A stretch of 64,000 nucleotides of DNA from an uncultured Nitrososphaerota archaeon (GTDB lineage Archaea > Thermoproteota > EX4484-205 > JAAOZO01): the NCBI GenBank assembly GCA_964408285.1, contig CAYOYV010000006.1, positions 11,274 through 75,273 on the forward strand, in the 5' to 3' direction. Below are positions 50,629 to 59,699 of this stretch, one piece after another (the stretch's first letter is position 1; every line of letters begins with the position of its first letter). A program made the translations under genes and the position numbers. The notes below the pieces were generated by a model, which was given only the letters and a program-made list of their open reading frames with translations, was not told the DNA's origin and did no database searches.

Positions 50629-51198
50629 TTAAGGCTTTTGCCGAGAAGTGCGTGGTATCTGAGGGAATGACGCGAGAAGTTCTCGAATTCGCTTCTTGAT
50701 CTCGGGTTGAATCCTTATCACGACCATTCCCTTGGCGGGTTGGCCATAGATCACCAGTGTGCCCTCTTCACTCACATCAATCGCAACGGCCGCAAGAAGA
50801 TCCTCCTCTCCCTCGACGAGCACTAGGCTATTCGGACCCTCTGTCATGGCGGTCTTCAGCACTGACCAAGCCGCTGTGTTGATGTGACCAGCCGGATTTC
50901 TCAGGAAGAATTTCCTCCGAAAGCGCTCTGTTTCGAAATCTGCTTTCTTCCTCTGTATCCTCAGATCGATTATCGCTGCCTGAAATGAAACCTCTCCTTT
51001 GATCAGAGTCTGAGTGACTACGTCGCCCACGCTGAAAGAGATCCCTTCTGAACTGCCCAAGTATCTCTCTCTAAGAATTCGAACTGCCTCCTCGGGCCTC
51101 GCCTCGACCAGATCTCCGAGGGGGGCAGAGAGGATTTCCCTCTGGGACGGAGTAGGACGTAGATAGGATTCGTCTGACTCAATGAGCCTTGATGGCAT
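50629..51198 (-). CDS. GTP-dependent dephospho-CoA kinase (DUF359)
   Basis: VGDVVT, NPAG.I, GEEDL and YGQP motifs. Confidence 0.88.
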   Translation of the reverse strand: MPSRLIESDESYLRPTPSQREILSAPLGDLVEARPEEAVRILRERYLGSSEGISFSVGDVVTQTLIKGEVSFQAAIIDLRIQRKKADFETERFRRKFFLRNPAGHINTAAWSVLKTAMTEGPNSLVLVEGEEDLLAAVAIDVSEEGTLVIYGQPAKGMVVIRIQPEIKKRIRELLASFPQIPRTSRQKP

Positions 51199-51364
51199 AT
51201 CGCCCTACCTTCTTGGCTCCTATCTGTCTTGCGATCGAAGAGCTCTCAGGATCGACCACAAAGACCACTCCGGACCAGTCGGTCGTGAAGCTGTTGGATC
51301 CGCAGTTCGGACAGGTCTGGTCATTCGTTATGAACTTACATTTCAGGCAGGCTTTTTCTCTCAA
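51179..51364 (-). CDS. spt4: transcription elongation factor Spt4 (RpoE'')
   Basis: ACLKC...CPNCGS...WSG...GRYAIK. Confidence 0.93.
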   Translation of the reverse strand: MREKACLKCKFITNDQTCPNCGSNSFTTDWSGVVFVVDPESSSIARQIGAKKVGRYAIKAH

Positions 51365-51939
51365 GTTGTCTCACCTGCCTTCTCAGCAACAGCCAATTTC
51401 CTGAGGTCGTGATCGATCCATTCCGCCTTGCCCAAGAAGGGTTGCCTCGTTGTGACACCTATCCTGTCGCCACCAGTAGCACCACCTATGGAGACGGCAG
51501 TCACTCTTAATCTGACCCAATCCCCGACTGAAAGTACCCTTGCGTTTTTCCTACCAGTCAATACAGCCTGCGCCTTGTTGAAGTCCACATAATCATCCAT
51601 AACGGAGCTGACATGTAGCAGAGCCTCGAAGGGACCTATCCTCACGAAAGCGCCATATTCTTCTATCTCGACGACCCTACCAAGCATGACCTCTTGTACC
51701 TCAGGAACAAACGTCAGAACCTTGAACTTCGCTTTGTGATATGATCCCCCATCGCCCGGGGCCAGTTTCCCCTTATAATCGAAATCGAAGGAGACCACCC
51801 CTGCGACAAAGCCCAGATCATCGAAGACCACTCCTTCATATTTCTCGACGAGGAGCGACCTTATTGCCTCCTCTATAGGCTTCCCGTATAGTTCGGGGGG
51901 AATCCTGACTATGTCCTCCAAAGTGATAAGCTTAAACAA
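51361..51939 (-). CDS. rpoE1: DNA-directed RNA polymerase subunit Rpo7 (E')
   Basis: VRIPP, GDGG, S1 domain and RQPFLGK motif. Confidence 0.95.
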   Translation of the reverse strand: MFKLITLEDIVRIPPELYGKPIEEAIRSLLVEKYEGVVFDDLGFVAGVVSFDFDYKGKLAPGDGGSYHKAKFKVLTFVPEVQEVMLGRVVEIEEYGAFVRIGPFEALLHVSSVMDDYVDFNKAQAVLTGRKNARVLSVGDWVRLRVTAVSIGGATGGDRIGVTTRQPFLGKAEWIDHDLRKLAVAEKAGETT

Positions 51940-52024
51940 TTTCCCTAAACTCCGCCCTTTTCATCTGTTCTTATCTTTTTCCCTGAATGGAATCCGTTCC
52001 CGATCTAGGGCGCGAAATGACTTT

Positions 52025-52465
52025 TCAACATAAAGGCTTATTGTCAATCATTATTCTTTTTCCCTTTGAGACGAAGATGACAGTCATTCCCCTTTTCTTG
52101 AGCTTACTCCTTAGAGAGGAGTCGGCAGTGGCCACTGCTGCATCCAGTCGCTGTGCCAATTTGATTATACTCTCGTCCTCTGGCAGGCCTCTTTCAGATC
52201 TCAGGCTCCTCAGGTTCATGGCAAAATCCAAGGCCTTCCGTGAAGCAATGGCCAAAAGAGGTTTGTTTCCACCCTGGAGCTTCCTCAGCTCACTTATGGT
52301 GCCCTCCGTCACTACTAGTTCGTAGCGGCCCTCGAGAGCATGTTGAATTCCTTTCACGAAATCCACGCGCTTCTGGAACGGGTATAGCAACGCACTCGTG
52401 TCCAGTATGACAGGTAGCTTCCTCGCTCTGCTCAAACTACTTTCCCGTATCCTATTAGCCTCCAT
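52025..52465 (-). CDS. PIN domain protein (Fcf1/Utp24-like)
   Basis: VILDTS...EL...D...VATAD; conserved position after aIF2gamma. Confidence 0.8.
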   Translation of the reverse strand: MEANRIRESSLSRARKLPVILDTSALLYPFQKRVDFVKGIQHALEGRYELVVTEGTISELRKLQGGNKPLLAIASRKALDFAMNLRSLRSERGLPEDESIIKLAQRLDAAVATADSSLRSKLKKRGMTVIFVSKGKRIMIDNKPLC

Positions 52466-53679
52466 CGCCTCTCGAAAAGCCTACTTACAGTTGCCCTCTG
52501 GCCAATCTGGGCAACTATCGGGATCTCCAGATTCAGTTCGGCTATCTTGCCCTTCTTCGAAGTGATAGTGCCCCTGCTTGTCCCAACTCCCACGTTCAGA
52601 TTCAGCTTTTCTCCCACTGAAACTGGCTTGACCTCCTGAAGGCTTTCTGTCCCTAGCAGTTTTTCAAATAGCTCCAACTCAAGCCCGAGTGCCCTCACAA
52701 CGGGAAGTGGATTGTCAGAAGGCGAGAGAATAGAACCAGAAAGCCTATCGTTCTTCGCAAGGGCTGGATCAAGAGACGTGCCGACTGCTATGAGCCCTCC
52801 TGCATTGGCCTCGTCCAATGAGGCACCATCGAACATAATGGAACCGACAGTGCTCTCCAAGAGCAGATTGGAGTAATTCGGACTCGTTCCCCTTAACCAT
52901 CCCGGTGAGATGAGAATTCGATCCCCTAAGGAGAGTTTGCCACTTGTGATAGATCCCCCAACGACCCCGCCATTTATCTGCTCCAATGGAACCCCAGGCC
53001 TGTTCACATTGAACGACCTTATGATTGGCATCCTAAGCTGGGCATTCGGATCCCTCTTTGGATTCGGAAAATATTCCTCTAGGGCCCACATCAATATATC
53101 TATATTGAGACTTCTCTCGGCAGAAACCGGTATCACTGGGGACTGACCGTAACCTGCTTCAGAAAGAAATTGGGCTATCTGCTTCTGATTCTGGATCGCA
53201 GTTTCCCTGTCGACCAGGTCTACCTTGTTCTGAATGACCAGAATCTTCTCAAGGCCTAGGACTTTGGCTGCATAGAGATGTTCCCTTGTCTGTGGTTGAG
53301 GACAGTCCTCATTTGCGGCTATTATAAGGAGTGCGCCGTCCATTATTGCGGCTCCACTGAGCATGGTCGTCATTAGCACTTCGTGGCCTGGGGCATCGAT
53401 GAATGAGATGCTCCTGACGAACTCACATGTATGTCCTTTTGGGCAGGTTGCTCGCGTAAAGTAATTGTAAGGGGGATCGCAGGTGTTGCACTTGTACACC
53501 GACATCATCGCGTAACCGAGCTTTATCGTTATGTTCCGAGCAATCTCTTTGCTATATCTACTCGTAAAGACTCCTGTCAGTGCTTTCACAAGGGAAGTCT
53601 TGCCGTGGTCGACATGGCCTAAGGTCCCTATGTTGATTTCTGGTTTTCTCAGCACCAATTCGATGAAGCCCGTCTTCAC
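52432..53679 (-). CDS. eif2g: translation initiation factor aIF2 subunit gamma
   Basis: [21 protein letters not shown], QTREH and RWRLIG motifs; real start probably near 53658. Confidence 0.96.
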   Translation of the reverse strand: [415 protein letters not shown]

Positions 53680-53680
53680 T

Positions 53681-53695
53681 TATAGAAAAGCCTTA
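53681..53695 (-). promoter_or_regulatory. putative BRE/TATA promoter of aIF2gamma
   Basis: Minus strand TAAGGCTTTTCTATA; near-identical copy upstream of S6e. Confidence 0.5.
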
Positions 53696-53786
53696 TCGTA
53701 GGTGTCCGGCCTCACTCGATATCGTCTGACTGTTTTCCGTCCAACCTTTCAGGAATGGCCTAGCCCAGCGTGTGTGAATGAAGTAC

Positions 53787-54137
53787 CTATTCGATCTTGA
53801 CTAGGTTCACTTGGCTGGTTTCTTCTGAGATTTGTTCTCCCCTTATCGTCGCCCGTATGAGTTCGCCCTTCTTGGCTCGCCTCGTTCCCGTTCCTCTCTT
53901 TAGCAGGATATGCCTCTTTGCCGGCCCATGAATTCCGCTCAGCATCGGAAGGCCCGATGTGTCTGATCCTCCTGTTATCTGAAGTCTCTCCCCGGGTCTC
54001 TTGATCGCAGAACCTTCTATTATGTCTCCTATCTTGCGTCCCAGAAGGGGTGTTGCGTCCGATCCTTCCAACACCAGATTCTCCATTTTCCCCGTTTTCT
54101 TATCCACCACGATATCGACTTTCATTCTTGCCGGCAA
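53787..54137 (-). CDS. rps6e: 30S ribosomal protein eS6
   Basis: LLGRKIGD, ITGGSD.SG.PM and QVNL motifs. Confidence 0.92.
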   Translation of the reverse strand: MPARMKVDIVVDKKTGKMENLVLEGSDATPLLGRKIGDIIEGSAIKRPGERLQITGGSDTSGLPMLSGIHGPAKRHILLKRGTGTRRAKKGELIRATIRGEQISEETSQVNLVKIE

Positions 54138-54161
54138 TTTTCGCCTGACGCCGTCGTTGGG

Positions 54162-54176
54162 TATAGAAAAGTCTTA
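54162..54176 (-). promoter_or_regulatory. putative BRE/TATA promoter of rps6e
   Basis: Minus strand TAAGACTTTTCTATA, 25 nt upstream of the TTG start. Confidence 0.5.
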
Positions 54177-54304
54177 CCTCATACTGCACTGGTAGGTTGC
54201 CTTGGACGGGAGGCAAGGACTTATCTGCACCAGAGGAAAGACGCCTTTGAGCAAGCGATGTCCCGATCATTAATGCAACGGTTGAAGGCAGTGAGGCGAT
54301 CTTC

Positions 54305-55672
54305 ATGAGCATACTGATTGTGGATTCGAGGAAGCAGCTCTTCATCGACGATCGCTTTATCCAGTCATCCCAAGGAGTCGTTTTGTCGGTTAACGAAGCA
54401 CGGAAATACCAAGAACCGGTCCTCATCGCGGACCGCCCTTGGGAAAGCATGTGCATAGGCGGCTATAGCACAGTGATGGAGGAGAACGGACTTTACCGCC
54501 TGTGGTATGAGGCCTATGCTTCAGACTATAGGGAGGATTATGATGCGAAGCTATGCTATGCGTTTTCATACGATGGCATTCATTGGGAAAAACCTGCTCT
54601 AGGGCAATCTGAATTTCAAGGCTCAAGGGACAACAACATTGTGTTTGACGACTGCCATAATTTCGGCTATCATGGCGGAACTGTGTTTAAGGATCCAATA
54701 GCCAGCCCTGAGGAAAGATACAAGGTCCTCTACCAAGCCAGGGGAGGAACGCGATCGGATCAATCCAACGCCTGCATGCGAGGAATATACTCGAAAGACG
54801 GAATAAGATGGGTCAAGTACCCAGGCATTCTTGCAGATCACCTAAGCGATACTCAGACTGTTGTTCACTATGACGAGGATTCAGGCAGATACGTTGGTTA
54901 CTTCCGAGTCTGGACAGAGAAGGGATATCGTGCCATAGGTCGCTCTGAGACGCCAGATTTCCTTTGTTGGCCCAGAGACCCAGAATTGATCTTGGCCCCG
55001 GATCAAAATGACCCTACAGACATCCACCTATACACGAACGGTTACAGATCCTATCGCGTGGCCCAAGATGCACATATCTTTGTGATCTCCAGCTTCCATG
55101 CGACAACAGATCTCGTTGATGTTCAGCTTGCCACAAGCCGTGATGGTATTTCGTGGCGTAGACCTGATCGCCGCCCCCTCATACGCCTTGGAGAGGAAGG
55201 GACTTGGGACAGCGGGCAGATCTATGTAGGTGCCGGAACCATAGATAAAGGCAGTGAGCTCTGGGTCTATTACACCGGATTCAGACATGGACACGGGGAG
55301 AACAGGCCGGATGTCATAAGTTACGAGGGAAAAATAGGAATAGCGAAAATTCGAAAGGACGGGTTCATGTCAGCCGAAGCTGGACCTCAGGGTGGCTTTG
55401 TCATGACCCCCCTCCTGAAGTTCTCCGGCAGCCATCTGGAATTGAATTACGATGCCGGAACAGAAGGAGAGGTTTCGGTTGAGCTGCTTGGCGAGGATCT
55501 CATTCCCATCAGGGCTTTCTCAGGGCCCGATTGTGATCCGCTTCACGGTGATTCAACCACCAAGACTGTGACATGGAAAGGTAATGACGACTTGGGCCAT
55601 ATTGCCGGAAGACCCACGCACCTCCGCTTCAATATGAGAGATGCCAAGCTCTTCGCGTTCCACTTCTTCTGA
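54305..55672 (+). CDS. five-bladed beta-propeller glycoside hydrolase-like protein
   Basis: KQLFIDD N-terminus, repeated S.DG..W (Asp-box-like) motifs, R.DGF. Confidence 0.65.
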   Translation: MSILIVDSRKQLFIDDRFIQSSQGVVLSVNEARKYQEPVLIADRPWESMCIGGYSTVMEENGLYRLWYEAYASDYREDYDAKLCYAFSYDGIHWEKPALGQSEFQGSRDNNIVFDDCHNFGYHGGTVFKDPIASPEERYKVLYQARGGTRSDQSNACMRGIYSKDGIRWVKYPGILADHLSDTQTVVHYDEDSGRYVGYFRVWTEKGYRAIGRSETPDFLCWPRDPELILAPDQNDPTDIHLYTNGYRSYRVAQDAHIFVISSFHATTDLVDVQLATSRDGISWRRPDRRPLIRLGEEGTWDSGQIYVGAGTIDKGSELWVYYTGFRHGHGENRPDVISYEGKIGIAKIRKDGFMSAEAGPQGGFVMTPLLKFSGSHLELNYDAGTEGEVSVELLGEDLIPIRAFSGPDCDPLHGDSTTKTVTWKGNDDLGHIAGRPTHLRFNMRDAKLFAFHFF

Positions 55673-55686
55673 TCTTGCGTGCGGAC

Positions 55687-57512
55687 TCACTTCAGGTATC
55701 CCCAATAGGGTTCCTTCTGTCTCTTTATCTTGGTTATTTCCTCGATGGCATCCAACATGTCTTGCGTGGCGAACTGGGACAGGTTCGTCTTTAGGGAAAT
55801 CGCATCTGAAGCCCTGATCTCAACGTACAATGTCTCTCCTTCCTGCACATTTCTTCCCATGACGGCCTCCTTAATGGATATCGACACCTCATCCCCCTTC
55901 TTTGCCTCATTGACCGACTGATCCTGCAGCCTTATGGAGTCAATAGCTCCTATTCTTTCGCCACCTTCACTAATCAAGTTGGAACCTTGTCGCATCAATC
56001 CCTTTTCAACCCTTACCCCGAATATGGCTGGTTTGCTCCTCCTAAAGACAAAGCCTGGCATTATGAACAGCTTGGCGGGCGTGACCAACTTTGAGAAGAG
56101 CTCTTCAGCTGTAGCCTTCTCATAGCTAGTCTTCCAGGAGAAGTATTCATCCATCAGGCCGTATATGACCTTACCCGTCATTATCCTGACTCCCAAGTCT
56201 CTTGCCGCCTCCTCTGCCTCCCCTGTTACGTCTACGTTGAACGCAATTATCACCCTCTGAGTCATGTCTCCGGATGCCGTTGAGGCGCCAATGACATCCT
56301 TCTTGGTTACAGGACCTATATCCGCCATCCTCACCTTGATCGCCTTCGATTGAAGCTCAGGGACAATCGCCTCAAGCGCCCCCAACGTATCGGCCTTCAG
56401 GATTATGCCTTGGATTTCCGTCTTGAACAGGATGGAGGACACCTCTTGCGACAATTCCTCAATTGCTCTTCTCTGTTCCTCCAAAGTATTGCAGACTATT
56501 ACGCTTGAGCCAGCCAGTGCGCCGGCTAGATCTGGGCCACTCAACTTTATTCCGCTGGAGGCCCTCATCTGTGCAACTGAATCAAACCTGTCCCTGGGGT
56601 CGCGTATTTCATCCAATGGCTTAGGAGAAAGAAGGGCCCGAACCTTTGTGACCGTTGGTCCGGTTAACGTTGTGAGTGCGATGGAATCGCCCACCTTGAT
56701 GATGCCGTCATATACGATGACGTTTATCGTTGTGCCCAACCCAACATCCTCCGTTACCTCGAGGACTACGCCCTTGCCCCTGTTCGACTTTGTCTCCAAG
56801 GATTTCGTTTGGAAGGACTGAATCATTCCCGACATGACCGCGATCAGTTCCGCGATTCCCTCTCCCGTCTTAGCGCTGACAGGGACAACTGGATTCTTAT
56901 CCTTGAAATCACTCAGAGAATAGAACAAATCCGTAGTTAGGCCAAGCTTGGATACCTGCCCTACGATATCATACAGCTTCTGCTCGAGCAATTTTCTTGT
57001 ACCTGGTTCCTGCTCCTTGATTGCCTTTAGGAATGAAAGAGAACTGGACGGACGCCAACCTCTCGTGAGATCAATCTTGTTTGCCGCAATGACGAAAGGA
57101 GTCTTTCTTGACCTGAGTATCTCAATAGACTCTATGGTCTGGGGCATGACACCGGCCGTGATGTCTATTACAAGGATCGCAAAGTCTGCTATTGATCCCC
57201 CCCGTTTTCTCAAATTCATGAACGCTTCATGACCAGGTGTGTCAATTACCAATAGCCCCCCGATTTTCAGCCTTGAAGCCACTTCAATTCCCTCTATCTG
57301 GCCCACGACATCAACCAATGTGTCTAGTGGAAGATATGAGGCCCCAACGTGCTGGGTTTGGGACGGTTTCTACCGCTATCCCCCCGGCTTCCCTTTTGGC
57401 CACTAAGGTGCCTCTTATCTTATCCAGAAGGGACGTCTTGCCATGGTCCACATAGTCCCCAGACATGCAAGGTATGACCTAGAACCACGACTATGGGTTC
57501 CCTTAGGCGCAA
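55687..57512 (-). CDS. infB: translation initiation factor aIF5B/IF2 with two BHB introns (exons 57512-57474, 57451-57377, 57357-55687)
   Basis: GGGGTGAT RBS, TTG start; spliced product [44 protein letters not shown]...DTPGHEAF, 594 aa. Confidence 0.92.
57358..57376 (-). other. 19-nt BHB mRNA intron 2 of aIF5B (GCGGTAGAAACCGTCCCAA)
   Basis: GGG-GGGA-[UA|G]-CGGU-agaa-ACCG-UCCC-[AA|A]-CCC. Confidence 0.9.
57452..57473 (-). other. 22-nt BHB mRNA intron 1 of aIF5B (ACCTTGCATGTCTGGGGACTAT)
   Basis: UCUA-GGUC-[AU|A]-CCU...GGG-GACU-[AU|G]-UGGA. Confidence 0.87.
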
Positions 57513-57553
57513 ATTATATCACCCCCCAAAACGGCCGAACTACGTCCGTCCGT

Positions 57554-58009
57554 TTAATAAACGTATTCTGAAATGGGACTCTTCCAGTCCTGTATCTCGT
57601 CCTTCCTGAAAAGTAGGGAGATCTCCTTTGTTGCGATCTCAACCGAATCGGAGCCGTGAATAAGGTTCTTTCCTGTGGATAGGGAATAATCTCCTCTGAC
57701 CGTTCCAGGCTGTGCTTGCAGGAAATCGGTCGCACCGATCATATTCCTGACAACCTTCACACAATCGGGTCCCTCCAGAATAAATGCTACTATCGGACCT
57801 GTCATCATGAATTCTATAAGTTCATTGAAGAATTGCTTTCCCCTATGTACTGAGTAGAATTCCTCAAGCATCTGTTTGGATGGTCTAGTCATCTTCAGCC
57901 CGATCATCCTAAATCCTTTGTCCTCGAATCTGCGTATTACCTCGCCGATGAGCCCCCTGTAAACACAGTTCGGCTTAAGCAGCACCAGTGTCCTTTCCTC
58001 TTGGACCAA
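57554..58009 (-). CDS. ndk: nucleoside diphosphate kinase
   Basis: [16 protein letters not shown] and NLIHGSDS motifs. Confidence 0.96.
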   Translation of the reverse strand: MVQEERTLVLLKPNCVYRGLIGEVIRRFEDKGFRMIGLKMTRPSKQMLEEFYSVHRGKQFFNELIEFMMTGPIVAFILEGPDCVKVVRNMIGATDFLQAQPGTVRGDYSLSTGKNLIHGSDSVEIATKEISLLFRKDEIQDWKSPISEYVY

Positions 58010-58184
58010 CCTTCATCACCCACTTCATTCGCCTAGGATTCCTGCCCAACTCTAAAGCATTTTTCCTGCACTTCTTGCTGCAGAACCACGACATGGTGCC
58101 ATCATTTCTCACGTAAAGGGTACCACTTCCCGGCTCCATCTTCGAACCACAGAATGAGCAATTCCTGAGAACAGGCATGTTCAC
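57975..58184 (-). CDS. rpl24e: 50S ribosomal protein eL24
   Basis: CSFCG...PGSG...FCSKKC...RNPR..KW. Confidence 0.95.
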   Translation of the reverse strand: MNMPVLRNCSFCGSKMEPGSGTLYVRNDGTMSWFCSKKCRKNALELGRNPRRMKWVMKVGPRGKDTGAA

Positions 58185-58399
58185 CTGAGCCTCCTTGCTT
58201 CCCTTTCGGCTTCTCTTAGATAGATCAATTCTCCCACTCTGATTGGCCCTCTTACGTTTCTTAGGATGACCCTTCCCTTGTTCCTTCCGGTCTGAATCCT
58301 CACTCTAGCCTGTATTACCTCGCCCGTGGCTCCAGCTCTTCCAAGTACCTCCACGACCTCAGCGATGACGCCCTCCTCAGAGCTCAAGGTAGAAGTCAC
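58181..58399 (-). CDS. rps28e: 30S ribosomal protein eS28
   Basis: LGRAG.TGE...[10 protein letters not shown]...EREAR. Confidence 0.95.
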   Translation of the reverse strand: MTSTLSSEEGVIAEVVEVLGRAGATGEVIQARVRIQTGRNKGRVILRNVRGPIRVGELIYLREAEREARRLR

Positions 58400-58791
58400 T
58401 CCTTTTGCTCTGTTGCGGTGCCGGACCTTAGCCTATCTACCTTATCGACCAGCTCCATCAGCTGCTTCTGGCTCTGCCCTGGATCCTCAATCGCCACACA
58501 AGAGGCAGGCACCATTAGACCAACGCTATTGCCCAACGTTTTCCTGTCTGGAACAACGATATAGGGGATCTTCCTATCGCGGCACAGCAAAGGCACGTGC
58601 AATACTATCTCGACTGGGTCGACATTCTCTGCAATGTACACCAATTTAGCGACTCCCCTTTCGACCGACTTGGTGGTCTCATTGGTGCCCTTTCTCACCT
58701 TTCCAGTCTGGGCCGCGAGCTTCAGCACATCAAGGGCCTCCGTCTGAAGGGCCTCAGGTACTTCATACTCAGCGGTCGTTATTTTTCCCAT
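58396..58791 (-). CDS. rpl7ae: ribosomal protein eL8 (L7Ae)
   Basis: [14 protein letters not shown] motif. Confidence 0.96.
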   Translation of the reverse strand: MGKITTAEYEVPEALQTEALDVLKLAAQTGKVRKGTNETTKSVERGVAKLVYIAENVDPVEIVLHVPLLCRDRKIPYIVVPDRKTLGNSVGLMVPASCVAIEDPGQSQKQLMELVDKVDRLRSGTATEQKE

Positions 58792-58832
58792 TCTTAAACA
58801 CCTCGACCAAGCGGGCCGGATTGCCGTTCTAG

Positions 58833-59670
58833 TTAATATAAAGATTGTTCTCCAGACGAGATATTTAGCGTGCCCATCATGTCCTTTCTGAGCGTTTCCC
58901 AGAGCGCTCTAGCATAGATCTCAGCCTCGTCCTTCTCAGTCACTATTGTTCTGCCGGCCATGAACTCAGGCTTCAGGTATTTTCCCGGATCCTCGCCTTT
59001 GGGTTTGATTATTTCGCTTGGCACGTCCACCAAGGCCGCTTTCTTTTCCAGTCTGATCCTCAGGTTGGCCGGTGTGTAGATGCTTCGGTGGAATCCGATC
59101 CCTTGCTTGCAATGTCTTGATAGGTTGAAAGCCGGTGTCCCATGAATTCGATACACTTCGCTGGAACGCCTAACGCTGTCATTATGGTCCGTAGAATTCT
59201 GCCAAGCCATGAGTCCTGACATCGTATCTCTTGTTGTTCTTCTTTGAGATTCCGGTCATGTTCATGAGGCTCCTGATTGCAGCATAGGCTCTAGTCCTGT
59301 TTAATCGCACGACCTTTCTCTCATTGTTTCGGAACAGGGGAGACTCATCGGTTATCTTTTCTGCCGATGTTTTCTATGTGCCCCTTCTCCTTCCGCTAGG
59401 TAGAGCTTCAGATAATTCGCGGCCTCTTCGTTTATGAAAGTGTCAAAGTCGCAGTATTCTCCTCTTGCGAGTTCCGCCTCGACATGGACATGAGCCACGA
59501 CCCTGTTTGCCTCGAGGTTCTGCCTTACGTGTCTATATCCGAGTTTTGCTAGATTTCCGATCCTGAAGCATCCTGTGGCGAGTATTACAATCAATGCTTT
59601 CTCCCTGATTGGAGCCACTTCAATTAGCTTCTCGATTTCCTCTCCGGAAGGGCCCTGTTCTTGCAGGTTG
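58833..59670 (-). pseudogene. degraded tyrosine recombinase/integrase
   Basis: Fragments EEIEKLIEVAPIREKALIVILATGCFRIG, DFDTFI, ITDESPLFR and YDVRTHGL are split over several frames and stops. Confidence 0.65.
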
Positions 59671-59699
59671 ATCCGCGCATGCGAATTGTATTATTCCGC

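Noticed and set aside
57358-57473. infB as a pseudogene, programmed frameshift or intein
   Set aside because: The lesions are 19- and 22-nt structured insertions, not slippery sites or in-frame intein ORFs. The rest of the gene, the RBS and the operon context are intact.
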